Assembly: GCA_044376115.1 (NCBI GenBank)
Contig: JBILLK010000033.1
Span: 1-64,000 of the forward strand
Origin: Polyangiaceae bacterium
Lineage (GTDB): Bacteria > Myxococcota_A > Polyangia > Polyangiales > Polyangiaceae
DNA: 64,000 bases
Direction of reading: 5' to 3'
Part shown: positions 37,693 through 47,726 of the stretch, in pieces
How positions within the stretch are numbered: position 1 is the stretch's first letter
How the letters are laid out: the number at the start of each line of letters is the position of its first letter
Program-made: the position numbers and the translations under genes
Notes under the pieces: model-generated
Told to the model about the DNA's origin: nothing
Databases searched by the model: none
Seen by the model: the letters and a program-made list of their open reading frames with translations, nothing else

Positions 37693-38235
37693 GTGAACAC
37701 CAGTATCTTCTTTATCGGCCTGGCCAAGATTGGCTTCGGCGTGGTCGTCGCAGCGCTGGGCATGTTTGCCGGCACGCGTTTCTTTGCGCGGCTGACCAAG
37801 TTGGGCAAGGTCGATGAAGAGCTGGCCAAGGGCAATCATGCGGTGAGCGTGTTGATGGCCGCCGCTGTAGTTGCGCTCGGCTTACTCGCACAGCACGCTG
37901 TGGTGGCAACCTTCTCAGCGCTCGATCTGGCCTATCGCGATCAACAGTTCGAGCCCGAGATGCTGCTGGCCTTCTGCCTCTACGGCAGCGTGCATGTGGC
38001 GACGGCCTTGGCCGTGGGCTTGATCGTCTTGCGCCTGGGTACCGCGCTGTTTGGCTGGCTGACGCGGGGCGTGGACGAGATGGCCGAGATTCGAAAGGGC
38101 AACCTCGCGCCGGCGTTGGTCTTGGGCGCAGTGATCGTGGTGTTGGCGTTGATGGCCGCTCCCGGCCTCGAGATGGCGCTGAACGGCCTACTGCCGCTGC
38201 CCGAGCTCGGTCGCGACATGGTGCTCGCGCCGTGA
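37693..38235 (+). CDS. DUF350 membrane protein (two repeats)
   Basis: DEELAKGNHAV and DEMAEIRKGNLA repeats with flanking TMs. Confidence 0.85.
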   Translation: MNTSIFFIGLAKIGFGVVVAALGMFAGTRFFARLTKLGKVDEELAKGNHAVSVLMAAAVVALGLLAQHAVVATFSALDLAYRDQQFEPEMLLAFCLYGSVHVATALAVGLIVLRLGTALFGWLTRGVDEMAEIRKGNLAPALVLGAVIVVLALMAAPGLEMALNGLLPLPELGRDMVLAP

Positions 38236-39140
38236 AGCGGAAGCCCTTCGCACGCAGCCGTCTATTGGCTGCCACCGTTCTGGCGCTCAGGCTTTCGCTT
38301 GCGGCAGCGATCAGCACCAGCCTGGTGGGCTGTGTGGTCATCGACTTCACCAAGCTGATCAAGTCCAAGAAGAAGCAGAAGAAGAGCCGGTCGAGCTCGG
38401 ATGAGGAGGAGAACGCCGACTCGGTGGATCTCGGGAAAGCGCGCTTCCCCGACGATGCCAAGACGCCGAACGCCCGCCACTCTTGGGAAACGTCGCGGTT
38501 AGAGCCGGACACCTACGAACTCAGCTACGTCCTCGCCGAGGAGCAGCAGCAGAAGCTGTTGGAGGCGCATCGATCGTTTGCACGCAGCGTAAACTTCAAG
38601 GACGTCGGCAACAAATTCTCGTGGAGAGTCCCATCGGGCTGCAACAGCGACTTGGGCTGTGTCTACGGCATGCTGCGCGAGTCGAACCGCGAGGCGCTCG
38701 AACCCTTGACCGCCCTCTTCCGAGACTACGCCAAGGAGCACAAGCTGAAGTCGGACAAGCTTGCCCGGTTGATCGTGTCCTTCGTCCAACAGATCCGCTA
38801 CGACATCCCGGCTGAGTTCCCCTTTGGGGTACTTGGCCCCGCCAATGTCGTGGCTCAGAAGCGCGGGGATTGCGATTCAAAGGCGCTCTTGGCTTATCTG
38901 CTGCTGCGGGAGTTCGGCATCGACGTAGTGATCGTCAGCTCGTCAGCGCATAAACACGCAATGATCGGCGTGGGCATGCCGGCAACCGGCAAGAACAAGT
39001 TCTCGTACGGCGGGCATGACTACGCCTACGTAGAGCTCACGGCGATGGATTCACCAATTGGCTTCATCAGCCCAACCATGCTTCAGCCCAACGACTGGAC
39101 CGTGGTGAATGTGCGCGGACCAGCAACCCGCACCTGGTAG
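38232..39140 (+). CDS. transglutaminase-like lipoprotein
   Basis: FVQQIRY, GDCDSKA, HAMIGV, YVELT; lipobox LVGC. Confidence 0.8.
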   Translation: MKRKPFARSRLLAATVLALRLSLAAAISTSLVGCVVIDFTKLIKSKKKQKKSRSSSDEEENADSVDLGKARFPDDAKTPNARHSWETSRLEPDTYELSYVLAEEQQQKLLEAHRSFARSVNFKDVGNKFSWRVPSGCNSDLGCVYGMLRESNREALEPLTALFRDYAKEHKLKSDKLARLIVSFVQQIRYDIPAEFPFGVLGPANVVAQKRGDCDSKALLAYLLLREFGIDVVIVSSSAHKHAMIGVGMPATGKNKFSYGGHDYAYVELTAMDSPIGFISPTMLQPNDWTVVNVRGPATRTW

Positions 39141-39195
39141 AGCTGCTTTCTGTAGTGGACTCCCCAAGCGGCGGACCCTAGGGTACGCCCGCCTT

Positions 39196-40137
39196 ATGCA
39201 GCAAGAACGCGTTGCCAGTGAACTTCCGGCCGGTCAGCTCGCCCGGGACTTCGTCACCCTGACGAAGCCTCGGATCACGCTGATGGTGCTGATCACCACC
39301 TTGGGTGGGTATCTGCTCGGTTCGCGGTTCTTCAACGTGGAGCGTCCGGCCTCCGTTTGGTTGCCGCTCTTGGCCGGCTCGGCCTTGATCGTTGGCGGCG
39401 CCAACACGCTCAACATGTGGATGGAGCGTGACTCGGACGGCCTGATGAAGCGCACCAGCACGCGGCCCTTGCCGCAGGGCCGGATGAACCCTGACACGGT
39501 CCTGCGTTTCGGTCTGCTGCTGTCGGTGTTGGCGTTGCCGCTCTTGGTTTACGTCCACCTGACCACGGCGCTCTTGGGCTTGGTTGCGCTGCTCTCCTAC
39601 GTGCTCTTGTACACGCCGCTCAAGCAGCGCACGGCGTTGGCGCTACTGGTCGGGGCCGTTCCCGGTGCACTGCCCCCGCTGATGGGCTGGTCGGCCGCGC
39701 GCGGTACGGTGGACGGTCCGGGCCTCGTGCTGTTCAGCGTCCTGTTTCTCTGGCAGGTGCCTCACTTCCTCGCGATCGCGACTTTCCGTCAGTCGGAGTA
39801 CGAGCGAGCGGGGATCAAGGTCCTCCCGGCTGAGCGTGGTCGCGCCGTGACGCGCCATCAGGTCGTGCGCTATTCGGCGGCGTTGGTGCTCACCAGCGTG
39901 TTGCTCGTGCCGATGGGCGTTGGAGGCCCGATCTACCTCGTGGCTTCGCTCGTGCTCGGCGCGCTCTTTTTTGCGCTCTCGCTCGTTGGTCTGCGCAAAT
40001 CTGCCGGTGACAAATGGGCCAAGCAGCTCTTCTTCGCCTCGATGATCTACCTGACCGGCATCTTCGCGGCGCTCCTGCTCGACTCTCCCAAGCCTGTTGC
40101 GGCCGCTGCCGAGCAGGCCATCACCTCGCGGCTCTAG
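39196..40137 (+). CDS. cyoE: protoheme IX farnesyltransferase (heme O synthase)
   Basis: LTKPRI, D.LMKRT..RPLP.G, YTPLKQ, GAVPGALPPL.GW, WQVPHF. Confidence 0.97.
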   Translation: MQQERVASELPAGQLARDFVTLTKPRITLMVLITTLGGYLLGSRFFNVERPASVWLPLLAGSALIVGGANTLNMWMERDSDGLMKRTSTRPLPQGRMNPDTVLRFGLLLSVLALPLLVYVHLTTALLGLVALLSYVLLYTPLKQRTALALLVGAVPGALPPLMGWSAARGTVDGPGLVLFSVLFLWQVPHFLAIATFRQSEYERAGIKVLPAERGRAVTRHQVVRYSAALVLTSVLLVPMGVGGPIYLVASLVLGALFFALSLVGLRKSAGDKWAKQLFFASMIYLTGIFAALLLDSPKPVAAAAEQAITSRL

Positions 40138-40751
40138 TGCGCGCCCGGCTCGTCGCTCTGTCCCTGCTCCTGGCCGCTTCATGCGGGCAGCGCCGTGGTT
40201 CCCAGGAGAGCTCAGAGCCCATCGTCAATGTCAGCGTCTCCGCCCCGGAGATCGACATTGCCATCCCTGTTTTCAACCTCACCGACCAGAACGGCAAGCC
40301 CTTTGGCCAGAAGGACATGCTCGGCTCGGTGTTCGTGGTGGACTTCATCTTCACCTCCTGCCCCAACGTCTGTCCCGAGTTGACCAAGCGCATGGCCGCC
40401 TTGTCGAAGGAGCTGCGTGACAAGCAGGGGCTCAAGTTTCTGTCGATCACGGTGGACCCGGAGACGGACACGCCCGAGAAATTGCGCGCCTTCCGTGACA
40501 AGTACGGGGACGCCGAAGCGCCGTGGTTCTTCATCACCGGTGAGCCCAAGGTGGTTGATGAAACCGTGCTGCAAGGCTTCAAGATGGCGATGACGCGCGG
40601 AACCAATGGCGGGCACGGAGACGCCAGCATCTTCCACGCGGAGCGCTTCGTCGTGATCGACAAGCAAGCGCATCTGCGCGGCATCTACGCGACGACGCCC
40701 GACGGCTTGACCGCCCTCAAACAGAAGGTCACTCAGCTGCTGGCTGAGTGA
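40137..40751 (+). CDS. SCO1/SenC family copper chaperone lipoprotein
   Basis: FNLTDQNG, FIFTSCPNVCP (CxxxC), SITVDPETDTPE, conserved His; GTG overlaps the cyoE stop. Confidence 0.95.
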   Translation: MRARLVALSLLLAASCGQRRGSQESSEPIVNVSVSAPEIDIAIPVFNLTDQNGKPFGQKDMLGSVFVVDFIFTSCPNVCPELTKRMAALSKELRDKQGLKFLSITVDPETDTPEKLRAFRDKYGDAEAPWFFITGEPKVVDETVLQGFKMAMTRGTNGGHGDASIFHAERFVVIDKQAHLRGIYATTPDGLTALKQKVTQLLAE

Positions 40752-43700
40752 TCGTCGAGGATACCTAGCCGCTTCATCATCTTGGCCAGGCCAAAGCGGC
40801 TGATGCCCAAGGTCTTGGCGGCCTGCGTCTGATTGCCTTTGGTCGCCTCGAGCGCGGCGTGCACTAGCGTGCGCTCCACGTCGTCGAGTTGGTCGCGCAG
40901 CGTCTTGCCCGCCACCAGCCGAATCGACGCAGGATCCACCAGCGGATGGGAAGGCGAGAGGGAGCCGCTTGGTTGCGCGGTCACGTGCGCGAGATCCACG
41001 CAATCCGGCGAGAGGATCAGCGCGCGCCGAACGATGTTCTCGAGTTGCCGCACGTTGCCTGGGAACGGATGCGCTTCCATGTACGCGAGCGCCTCTTGCG
41101 TAATGCTGACGCCCTTGTTGGTAGCGTAGCGGTCGACGAAGGCGCGCACGAGTTCAGGGATGTCGGAGCGACGCTCACGTAGCGGTGGCAGCCGAATCGG
41201 TAACACGCTCAAGCGATAGAAGAGGTCCTCGCGGAAGGTCCGCTTCTCGACCAGCTCCTCGAGGTTGCGATGCGTCGCCGCGATCACCCGCACGCTCACC
41301 TTGCGCGTGCGCTCGCTGCCTACCGGCCGCACGATGCCGTCTTCGAGCACGCGGAGCAGCTTGGTTTGCATCGGTAAGCTCATCTCGCCTACCTCATCGA
41401 GGAACAGCGTACCGCCGTCAGCCGCCTCGAACAGGCCCATGCGCGAGCGGTCTGCGCCGGTGAAGGCGCCCTTCACGTGACCAAACAACGCCGACTCGAG
41501 CAGGCTGTCGGGGATGGCCGCAACGTTCTCGGAGATGAACACTTTGTCCCGGCGAGGGGAGGCTTTGTGGATGGCCGCGGCCAGTAGCTCTTTGCCCGTG
41601 CCGGACTCGCCCAACACCAGCACGTGAACCTCCGCTCGCGCCGCGCGCTCGGCGATCGAGAGGGTGCTGCGCAGGGCCTGGCTGCGACCGATGATGGCCT
41701 TGAACGGATGGTCGGCTAGCTCGCTGCGTTGGTCCGCGAGCGATCGTTCGATGGTCGAGAGTTGGGTCAGCGACTGCGACAGCTGCTCCTCGAGCGTCTT
41801 GCGCAGGTAGGCCTCTTTGCGCATGAGCCGTCGCAAGCGCGCTTCACTCATCGCCCGTGAAACCATGGCCGCGGCGAGGGTAGCGACGGTTGCGGCCCAC
41901 TCCAGCTCGTGCGGACCGAAGGTGCCTTGGCGCAGCCGATCGTCGAGGTAAGCCACCCCAATCGCTTCCCCTCGTGCGATCAATGGGACCACCAACACGC
42001 TGCGCAAGTGCAGCGCATGCACGCTCGCGTGAAGGTCGGGCAACTCGGCGATCGCGTCCATCGCCAAGACCGGCTTGCGCTGGTCGAGCGCGCGCTTGGC
42101 CAGCGTCATCGATAGTTGCAGCTGCTCTTCGCTCAGATCGCTCGCGTGAAGATTGCGCGCCGCCCGCGGTATCAGCCTGTCGTCGGGGCCGCGCAGCAGC
42201 AGGACCCCGCGTTCGGCGCGCGTCCAGGCGACCAAGGCGTCCAGCACGCCGCGCAGCAGATCGCGCAGCGAGGCTTCATTCGACAAACTGCGCACCAGCT
42301 GCTCGAGTCGGAAGTTTTGATCCGGCGTACTCGCCGAAACGGCGCTCGGGGCGGCCAGCGCTGCCACGACCCAGTCAAGCTTCTCCACCGTGCTCCGCAG
42401 ATCGCCCGCGTGCTGCAGCAACAAGGTGGCAAGCTCGGTCAAACGTCGCTGTGCTTGCCTGGCCGTATCAACAAGGCCCGCTTCGTCTGCAACCTGAGCC
42501 GCGCCGAACAGCGCCGGCGCGAGCGCTGCGACGGGGCAGTTGCGAGAGCTCTCCACCAGCTCGACAGCGAACTGGCGGGCGCGCGTGGCTTCACCTCGCT
42601 TGCGTGCGAGCTCGAGCCTCGCCGTGAGCCACTCGGCGCGCGGTCCGCTCGGCGTGTTCGGGCGTCGAGCAAACTCGTCGAGCCGATCTCGCTCGCCTTC
42701 CAGCTCCAGCGCGCCGTAACGCAGCAACCGCGCCGCTACCAGCAGTTGGTCCGGCAGCGGCAACGGCACGCGATCGAGCGAGGCCAGCCATGTTCGTGCG
42801 CCCTCGTCAGCGGCGTCAGCGAGCACGAGGTTGGCGTAGAGCTGCGCCGTTGCGTCGCCCGCCCGGATAGCGAACTCCGCCGCCTTCGTCGCAAAGAAGC
42901 GTGCGATGGCTTGGTCTCCGGCCATGCGATGGATCGCGCCCAAGTTGAGCAGCGCACGCGTCGCGCGGTCCGCTGCGCCCAGCGATTCCCAGAGCAGCCA
43001 GGCGCGCTCGGCCGCCGTTGCTGCGGCTTGCAGGTGCCCCAGCGAGGCCGCCGCGGCACCGAGGCCGGTCAAATAGGTGGCCTCCTCGACCAGGGCACCA
43101 GCGTTGGTCGCGTGCTCCGCTGCGCGCGTAAAAGCTTCCATTGCCTCCTGCGGATCGCTCGCCGCGACTACATAGCCCAAGGCGCCCCAAAGCCGCGCGC
43201 GCTGCTCGCTATCCGCTGGCACCGTAGCGCCTTCACGCAGCACGGCTCTCGCCTGCTCGAGCTCACCGCGGACAGCTCGGGCCAGCGCCAGCACCTCGAA
43301 CTCGGGAGCTGTTTCCGGTGCATTCAGCAGCCGAATCGCGGCCTCCGGATCGCCATTGTCGAAGGCGAGCCGCGCTCGTGTGGCTGCGCCGCGACTGCGT
43401 ATCTCTGCGTCGGGCGCCACCTCCGCAAGGCGCTGCAACAGCTGTTCGCACAGCGTCACATTGCCGACCCTGCGCGCGAGCTCCGCGGCCCCGGCTAGCA
43501 GCGCGCTGTCTCGCGGGCTGCGCTCGAGGCCACGCTCGATCAACACGAACGCGCGTCCCACTTGCCCCATCAAGCGAAGCGCGCGTGCGCCGGCGAGCAC
43601 CAACGCCGGGTCGTGCGCGTCGGTTACTTCGACTTGCTCGAGCGCCCAGTCCTCCGGCGGAGTTGCGCTGAGCGCCAAGGCCAACGCCGATGCCGTCGCG

Positions 43701-44881
43701 TGGTGCGTACGAACCTGCGGCGTGTGGCTCAGGTCGGCGAGAGGTTGCAACAAAGCGAGCCGCAGTTGGCGCAAACTCACGAGCTCGAACGCTGCTGCTT
43801 GTCCGAGTCGCCGAACCACCTCACACAGCTGCGCCTCGCTGATGGTCTCGAGCAGGCTGGGTTCGAGGCGGGTGGCGCGTTCACCGAAGAGCCGAACCAA
43901 AAACTCGCGCCGTTGATGCGGGCGGAGTGGCTCGAGCGGCTGAGGCGGCTGGCTACCGAGTTGGCCGCTGAACTCGCAGGCCTCAAGCAGCCACGGATGC
44001 GCTTCTGCGTGCGCACGATGGGGACCCGCGAGCGCTTCGGGATACATCGCGAGATAGGCCGTTCGTGCATGGGCCTCACGTTGCGAAGCGAGCGCAGTCT
44101 CGTTGGTCTGCGCACCATCGAGGAAATGGGCCACCCAGCTAGCGCGCGGCTTGGAACGAGCATCGTCGAGGACCAGCGCGCGCACGACGTCGCCCATCCG
44201 CCCCGGCAACTTCAGCGTCGCAAGAGCGCTCGCTGGATCGTCAAGCAACCGAAGCTCTGGCGCCACAAGCTCAGCGATCACCAGCCCAAGTGCGTGCAGA
44301 TCGCGCGTCTGCGCCGTGCCCAGTGAGGCCGCCTGCCGTGGCAAGTAGCGAGGCGTTGCACCCAGCGGGAGGTGCGTCTCACGCGGCACAGAGAGCCCAA
44401 AGTCGATCAAGAATGCGCCGCGCTCATCGAGCACGATGTTCGCGGGTTTGACGTCACCGTGGGCGAAGCCCGCGTGATGCAGCGCAGCCAAGCTATTGGC
44501 GATCTGCACCGCGGTACGCTCGGGATCGATGCTGGCCCCGTGCGCCCAAACGTTGTCCAACGTCTGGCCCACGCGATGCTCGAGCACCAACGCCGGCGCG
44601 CCGCCCTCTTGCTGCACGAGTCGCCCATCGGAGCGCGGCTCAACCTCGATCACTGCGAGCAGCGTCTGGGTGGCGGGCCCGCGCGCGCGAAAGAGGACGC
44701 GCGCCTCGTCGCGCAGCGTTCGCGCGTATGCTGGCGCGCCCAGCTTGAGCAACACCAGCGAGCCGTCGGCGGCTCGGGCCGAAATCACCCGGGCTGTGGC
44801 GCCCGCGCCAATGACGCGAAGTTCTTCGAACTCGCCGACTATTCTGCCGGCGTCGGGCACGTGGCTCCGGCGGCGATCCAC
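40733..44881 (-). CDS. Ser/Thr kinase-TPR-GAF-sigma54 AAA+ Fis-HTH transcriptional activator
   Basis: [11 protein letters not shown] kinase; GAF (SVLVVPL); [37 protein letters not shown]-terminal HTH. Confidence 0.92.
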   Translation of the reverse strand: MDRRRSHVPDAGRIVGEFEELRVIGAGATARVISARAADGSLVLLKLGAPAYARTLRDEARVLFRARGPATQTLLAVIEVEPRSDGRLVQQEGGAPALVLEHRVGQTLDNVWAHGASIDPERTAVQIANSLAALHHAGFAHGDVKPANIVLDERGAFLIDFGLSVPRETHLPLGATPRYLPRQAASLGTAQTRDLHALGLVIAELVAPELRLLDDPASALATLKLPGRMGDVVRALVLDDARSKPRASWVAHFLDGAQTNETALASQREAHARTAYLAMYPEALAGPHRAHAEAHPWLLEACEFSGQLGSQPPQPLEPLRPHQRREFLVRLFGERATRLEPSLLETISEAQLCEVVRRLGQAAAFELVSLRQLRLALLQPLADLSHTPQVRTHHATASALALALSATPPEDWALEQVEVTDAHDPALVLAGARALRLMGQVGRAFVLIERGLERSPRDSALLAGAAELARRVGNVTLCEQLLQRLAEVAPDAEIRSRGAATRARLAFDNGDPEAAIRLLNAPETAPEFEVLALARAVRGELEQARAVLREGATVPADSEQRARLWGALGYVVAASDPQEAMEAFTRAAEHATNAGALVEEATYLTGLGAAAASLGHLQAAATAAERAWLLWESLGAADRATRALLNLGAIHRMAGDQAIARFFATKAAEFAIRAGDATAQLYANLVLADAADEGARTWLASLDRVPLPLPDQLLVAARLLRYGALELEGERDRLDEFARRPNTPSGPRAEWLTARLELARKRGEATRARQFAVELVESSRNCPVAALAPALFGAAQVADEAGLVDTARQAQRRLTELATLLLQHAGDLRSTVEKLDWVVAALAAPSAVSASTPDQNFRLEQLVRSLSNEASLRDLLRGVLDALVAWTRAERGVLLLRGPDDRLIPRAARNLHASDLSEEQLQLSMTLAKRALDQRKPVLAMDAIAELPDLHASVHALHLRSVLVVPLIARGEAIGVAYLDDRLRQGTFGPHELEWAATVATLAAAMVSRAMSEARLRRLMRKEAYLRKTLEEQLSQSLTQLSTIERSLADQRSELADHPFKAIIGRSQALRSTLSIAERAARAEVHVLVLGESGTGKELLAAAIHKASPRRDKVFISENVAAIPDSLLESALFGHVKGAFTGADRSRMGLFEAADGGTLFLDEVGEMSLPMQTKLLRVLEDGIVRPVGSERTRKVSVRVIAATHRNLEELVEKRTFREDLFYRLSVLPIRLPPLRERRSDIPELVRAFVDRYATNKGVSITQEALAYMEAHPFPGNVRQLENIVRRALILSPDCVDLAHVTAQPSGSLSPSHPLVDPASIRLVAGKTLRDQLDDVERTLVHAALEATKGNQTQAAKTLGISRFGLAKMMKRLGILDDHSASS

Positions 44882-45867
44882 CGCGAGATGAGCAACATCC
44901 GCTCGGCGTTCTGCTCGACATCGAGCGGGCCCGCAGCGGGCTCTGCCGCGGGCATCGGATAGCCAGTGATGAAGTTCCGCAGCCGCTCGGTTTCCCCTTC
45001 GGCGAGGTTCTCGGGATCGTATCCTTCCAAGGCCAAGGCCTTGTACAGCAGGTAACTGTTTCCCGGCGCTTGCGGCGCAATCAACGGCATGTTGGTACCA
45101 AAGTTCGCCACCGAAGTGCTTGGCGTCGTAGCGTCACCGCCGTGCTGGGTTTGGATCGCGACCCGGTTGAGCGACGCAGGCAGCGCATCCAGCTCGAGAT
45201 TGAGCCCCATCGGCGGTGCGAGCCCAGTGGTCTGATCTACGTTCGTATGGCAGGAGGTGCATCCGCTGAAAGATTGCTGCACGGGCTTGCAATCGGCGAA
45301 GGCGGCTGGGGGCAGCTCGCGCTCGGTTCCCATCGGTACGAAGCCCGTGTCGAACACGAAGGTGAGGGTGCGTTCCAGCGGTACTCCATCGAAGGCACGC
45401 AGCCCTTTGGTAATGGGGTCTGCGGTCGTGTCCTTCGGCGGGCTGAAGAGCGTCAGCCGATACTGCGTCCCGCTCTTCAGATCCTCGTTCAGGTAGATCA
45501 CGAGCGCTCGGCTGACCGGGTCGTACGTGGGGCTCGTCGACACACCCTTGCATTCGCTGATCGAGGTCGGATCGGTCGTGTCGGAGGAGAGGCAATACGA
45601 CTGTCGAATGGTCGTGCTCGGATCGAGGTAGCGGTCGAACCTAAGCTCGAGTGCGCCCTTCTCCCAAACCTTCACCCCGCTCGAGAGCTTCACCCGCTCC
45701 TTCAGGCCATCCTCGTCGAGCCCAGGGCCCGTGCTTACGAGGAAGGCCGGAATCTTCGGCGGCGGTGCATCGACTTCAAAATCCGGCCCACCAACGTCGC
45801 AGGCCGTAAGGGCCGAGAGGCCCAGCACAAAAGACAAACGGCCCGAAAATCGGGCCGTCGAATTCAC
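44839..45867 (-). CDS. lipoprotein with Ig-like (Big_5-like) domain and a monoheme c-type cytochrome domain
   Basis: Lipobox LTAC; LELRFDRYLDP, L..GTQYRLTL; CTSCH; P..PGNSYL.YK...MP...WI..GA. Confidence 0.8.
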   Translation of the reverse strand: MNSTARFSGRLSFVLGLSALTACDVGGPDFEVDAPPPKIPAFLVSTGPGLDEDGLKERVKLSSGVKVWEKGALELRFDRYLDPSTTIRQSYCLSSDTTDPTSISECKGVSTSPTYDPVSRALVIYLNEDLKSGTQYRLTLFSPPKDTTADPITKGLRAFDGVPLERTLTFVFDTGFVPMGTERELPPAAFADCKPVQQSFSGCTSCHTNVDQTTGLAPPMGLNLELDALPASLNRVAIQTQHGGDATTPSTSVANFGTNMPLIAPQAPGNSYLLYKALALEGYDPENLAEGETERLRNFITGYPMPAAEPAAGPLDVEQNAERMLLISRWIAAGATCPTPAE

Positions 45868-45926
45868 ACGGGACCTTTTTTCAACGAACAGTTGAGTCAA
45901 GGCACCGAATGCTACCAGCGAGGGCT

Positions 45927-46181
45927 TCAGCTGTCGGCGTAGAGCATCAGCTGCTCCTTCACGACCTTGTCCGAAACTCCCGTTGCAATGTGGTCCTTCA
46001 GGCAGTCGGCGAGTGTCAGCAACATCTCGTCCACGCCCTTGTCCTCGATGAGCTTCGCAAGGAGTGCACGAGCTTCCCTGCCGTCGTCTTCTCGCAAAAA
46101 CTCTCGCACCGTCTCCAAGGAGATCTCCCCCTGAAAATCGAAGTACATGTTCGCGAGTAGGTATCGAACGAGCTCCTTCAC
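45927..46181 (-). CDS. small conserved-looking hypothetical protein (84 aa)
   Basis: AAGGAG upstream of GTG; balanced helical sequence. Confidence 0.75.
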   Translation of the reverse strand: MKELVRYLLANMYFDFQGEISLETVREFLREDDGREARALLAKLIEDKGVDEMLLTLADCLKDHIATGVSDKVVKEQLMLYADS

Positions 46182-46370
46182 GCTTGCTCTCCTTCGCGCC
46201 CGACGGGATGCCGAGCAGGGGATCGCTATAGCGGCCGGGCTGGGGTAGAGGCAAGGAATTACTTACACCCGTGTGACCATCCCGCGGAAACCCGGTCACG
46301 AAATGGTGCGCTGGCTCGTTCGTCAGGTCGGTGAGACGCTCGGTCCATCGCGTTTGGTTCGTCGGGCGAG

Positions 46371-47726
46371 TCATCGGCACTCCGAGAGATTCTTGTCACC
46401 GTTCTCGTGGCAAACCAGGCAGGGCCGCGGATTACGGGAGAAGGCGGTGCTGCAGCGCGACTCGAAGCCGGCGGGGTGGGGGTTGACGCCCCCTCCACCG
46501 TTGATGAGCCCACGGGTCGCGTGGCAGGTGGCGCAGTCCCGCTCGCTGTGGCAGGCCACGCAGGCGTTCAGGTTACGCTGGGCCTCCCATGCGTGGTGGA
46601 AGGCCGAACGCGGCGCGTAGGTCCAGGACTCCGGCGCAGGGTGGAAACGGCCGCCAGCTGGCCGGTTGTCGCTCGGCCCATCGCGCGCAACGCCCACCCG
46701 ACGATGGCAGTCGGCGCAGAAGGTCGAGAGCTGGTGGCAGCTCGTACAGCGCGGGTTGTCCAGCCTAGCCGACGTGACGTGCATCGAGATCCAATCGTTC
46801 GGATGCACCTTGCGGTTGCGAACGTTGCCGTCGTGACAGTCGGCGCAGTCCTCCTCGCGGTGGCACGACGCGCAGAACTGGCTGTCGTTCGCGGCGACGG
46901 TCTTGTGGCGGTTGATCCAGTCGGGGGTGTGGCCCGCGAGGTGCAGCCAATCGGGCGGCAGCAGTTCGCCGGTTGCAAAGTCGTTCTGGAGCTTGCCGTT
47001 CATGTCGGTCAGATGGCAGGTCGTGCAGGCTCCCTTGGCCTCGCCTTCGCTCGGTCCGCCCATCGCATGGCAATTGAAGCAACCAGCCATACGCGGCAGC
47101 TGCTCGCGCGTCGCCAGCTCGAGTTCGGCCACGTTGCCGTGGCAGTTGCCACAGTCGATGTTCCGGTCGAGGTGCTTCTTGTGATTGAACTTGAGATTGG
47201 GGGAGGGGAGCACCAAGCGCGCAACGCGCCCGTCTTTGCCTGCGTCTTCACCCACGTGGCAGAAGTTGCACTGGCCCATCTCGTCGTTCCCAGCCACCAC
47301 CTTCGATAGGTCTTTGTGGCTCACGTCGTGGCACGAGTCGCACGTGTCGGTCGGCTTGGGGAGTAGCGAGTCGGTCGATACGGAGCTCGCGTAGGCCGCC
47401 GTGTGGCACGACTTGCACGAGAGCTTCAGATCCTTGACGTGCTTCTTGTGGTTGAAGCGAATCGTGATCGATTGCGGAGGGAAGATCTCGTCGCTCGGGA
47501 CGGGGCTCTCCTTCGAGCCGGGGGGCATCCACTCCTCCGGGACCGGCGCGTCGCCCGGCATCGGTGAGAGGCCACTCGTGTAGCGTTTTTGCTCCGTGCT
47601 CGCGGGGGCCGGCGTCACGTCGGCCGACGCGAAAGAGGCGAGCAACGCAGCGAATACAGCAAATGCGAGAAGCAAGCTGAAGGGGCCGATAACCCGCTTC
47701 GAGTTCTTGGCTGAGCTGCCCATCAT
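46371..47726 (-). CDS. periplasmic multiheme c-type cytochrome (13 CxxCH; c3/c7-like N-terminal half)
   Basis: 13 CxxCH motifs counted; FNHKKH distal-ligand motifs; Sec signal peptide; ATGA overlap with the porin stop. Confidence 0.93.
   Translation of the reverse strand: MMGSSAKNSKRVIGPFSLLLAFAVFAALLASFASADVTPAPASTEQKRYTSGLSPMPGDAPVPEEWMPPGSKESPVPSDEIFPPQSITIRFNHKKHVKDLKLSCKSCHTAAYASSVSTDSLLPKPTDTCDSCHDVSHKDLSKVVAGNDEMGQCNFCHVGEDAGKDGRVARLVLPSPNLKFNHKKHLDRNIDCGNCHGNVAELELATREQLPRMAGCFNCHAMGGPSEGEAKGACTTCHLTDMNGKLQNDFATGELLPPDWLHLAGHTPDWINRHKTVAANDSQFCASCHREEDCADCHDGNVRNRKVHPNDWISMHVTSARLDNPRCTSCHQLSTFCADCHRRVGVARDGPSDNRPAGGRFHPAPESWTYAPRSAFHHAWEAQRNLNACVACHSERDCATCHATRGLINGGGGVNPHPAGFESRCSTAFSRNPRPCLVCHENGDKNLSECR

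Noticed and set aside
42116..43498. 460-aa plus-strand ORF
   Set aside because: Antisense shadow of the sigma54 activator.
45868..46380. 171-aa N-terminal extension of the monoheme lipoprotein
   Set aside because: Overlaps the 84-aa gene, which has its own SD; the signal peptide and lipobox begin at 45867.
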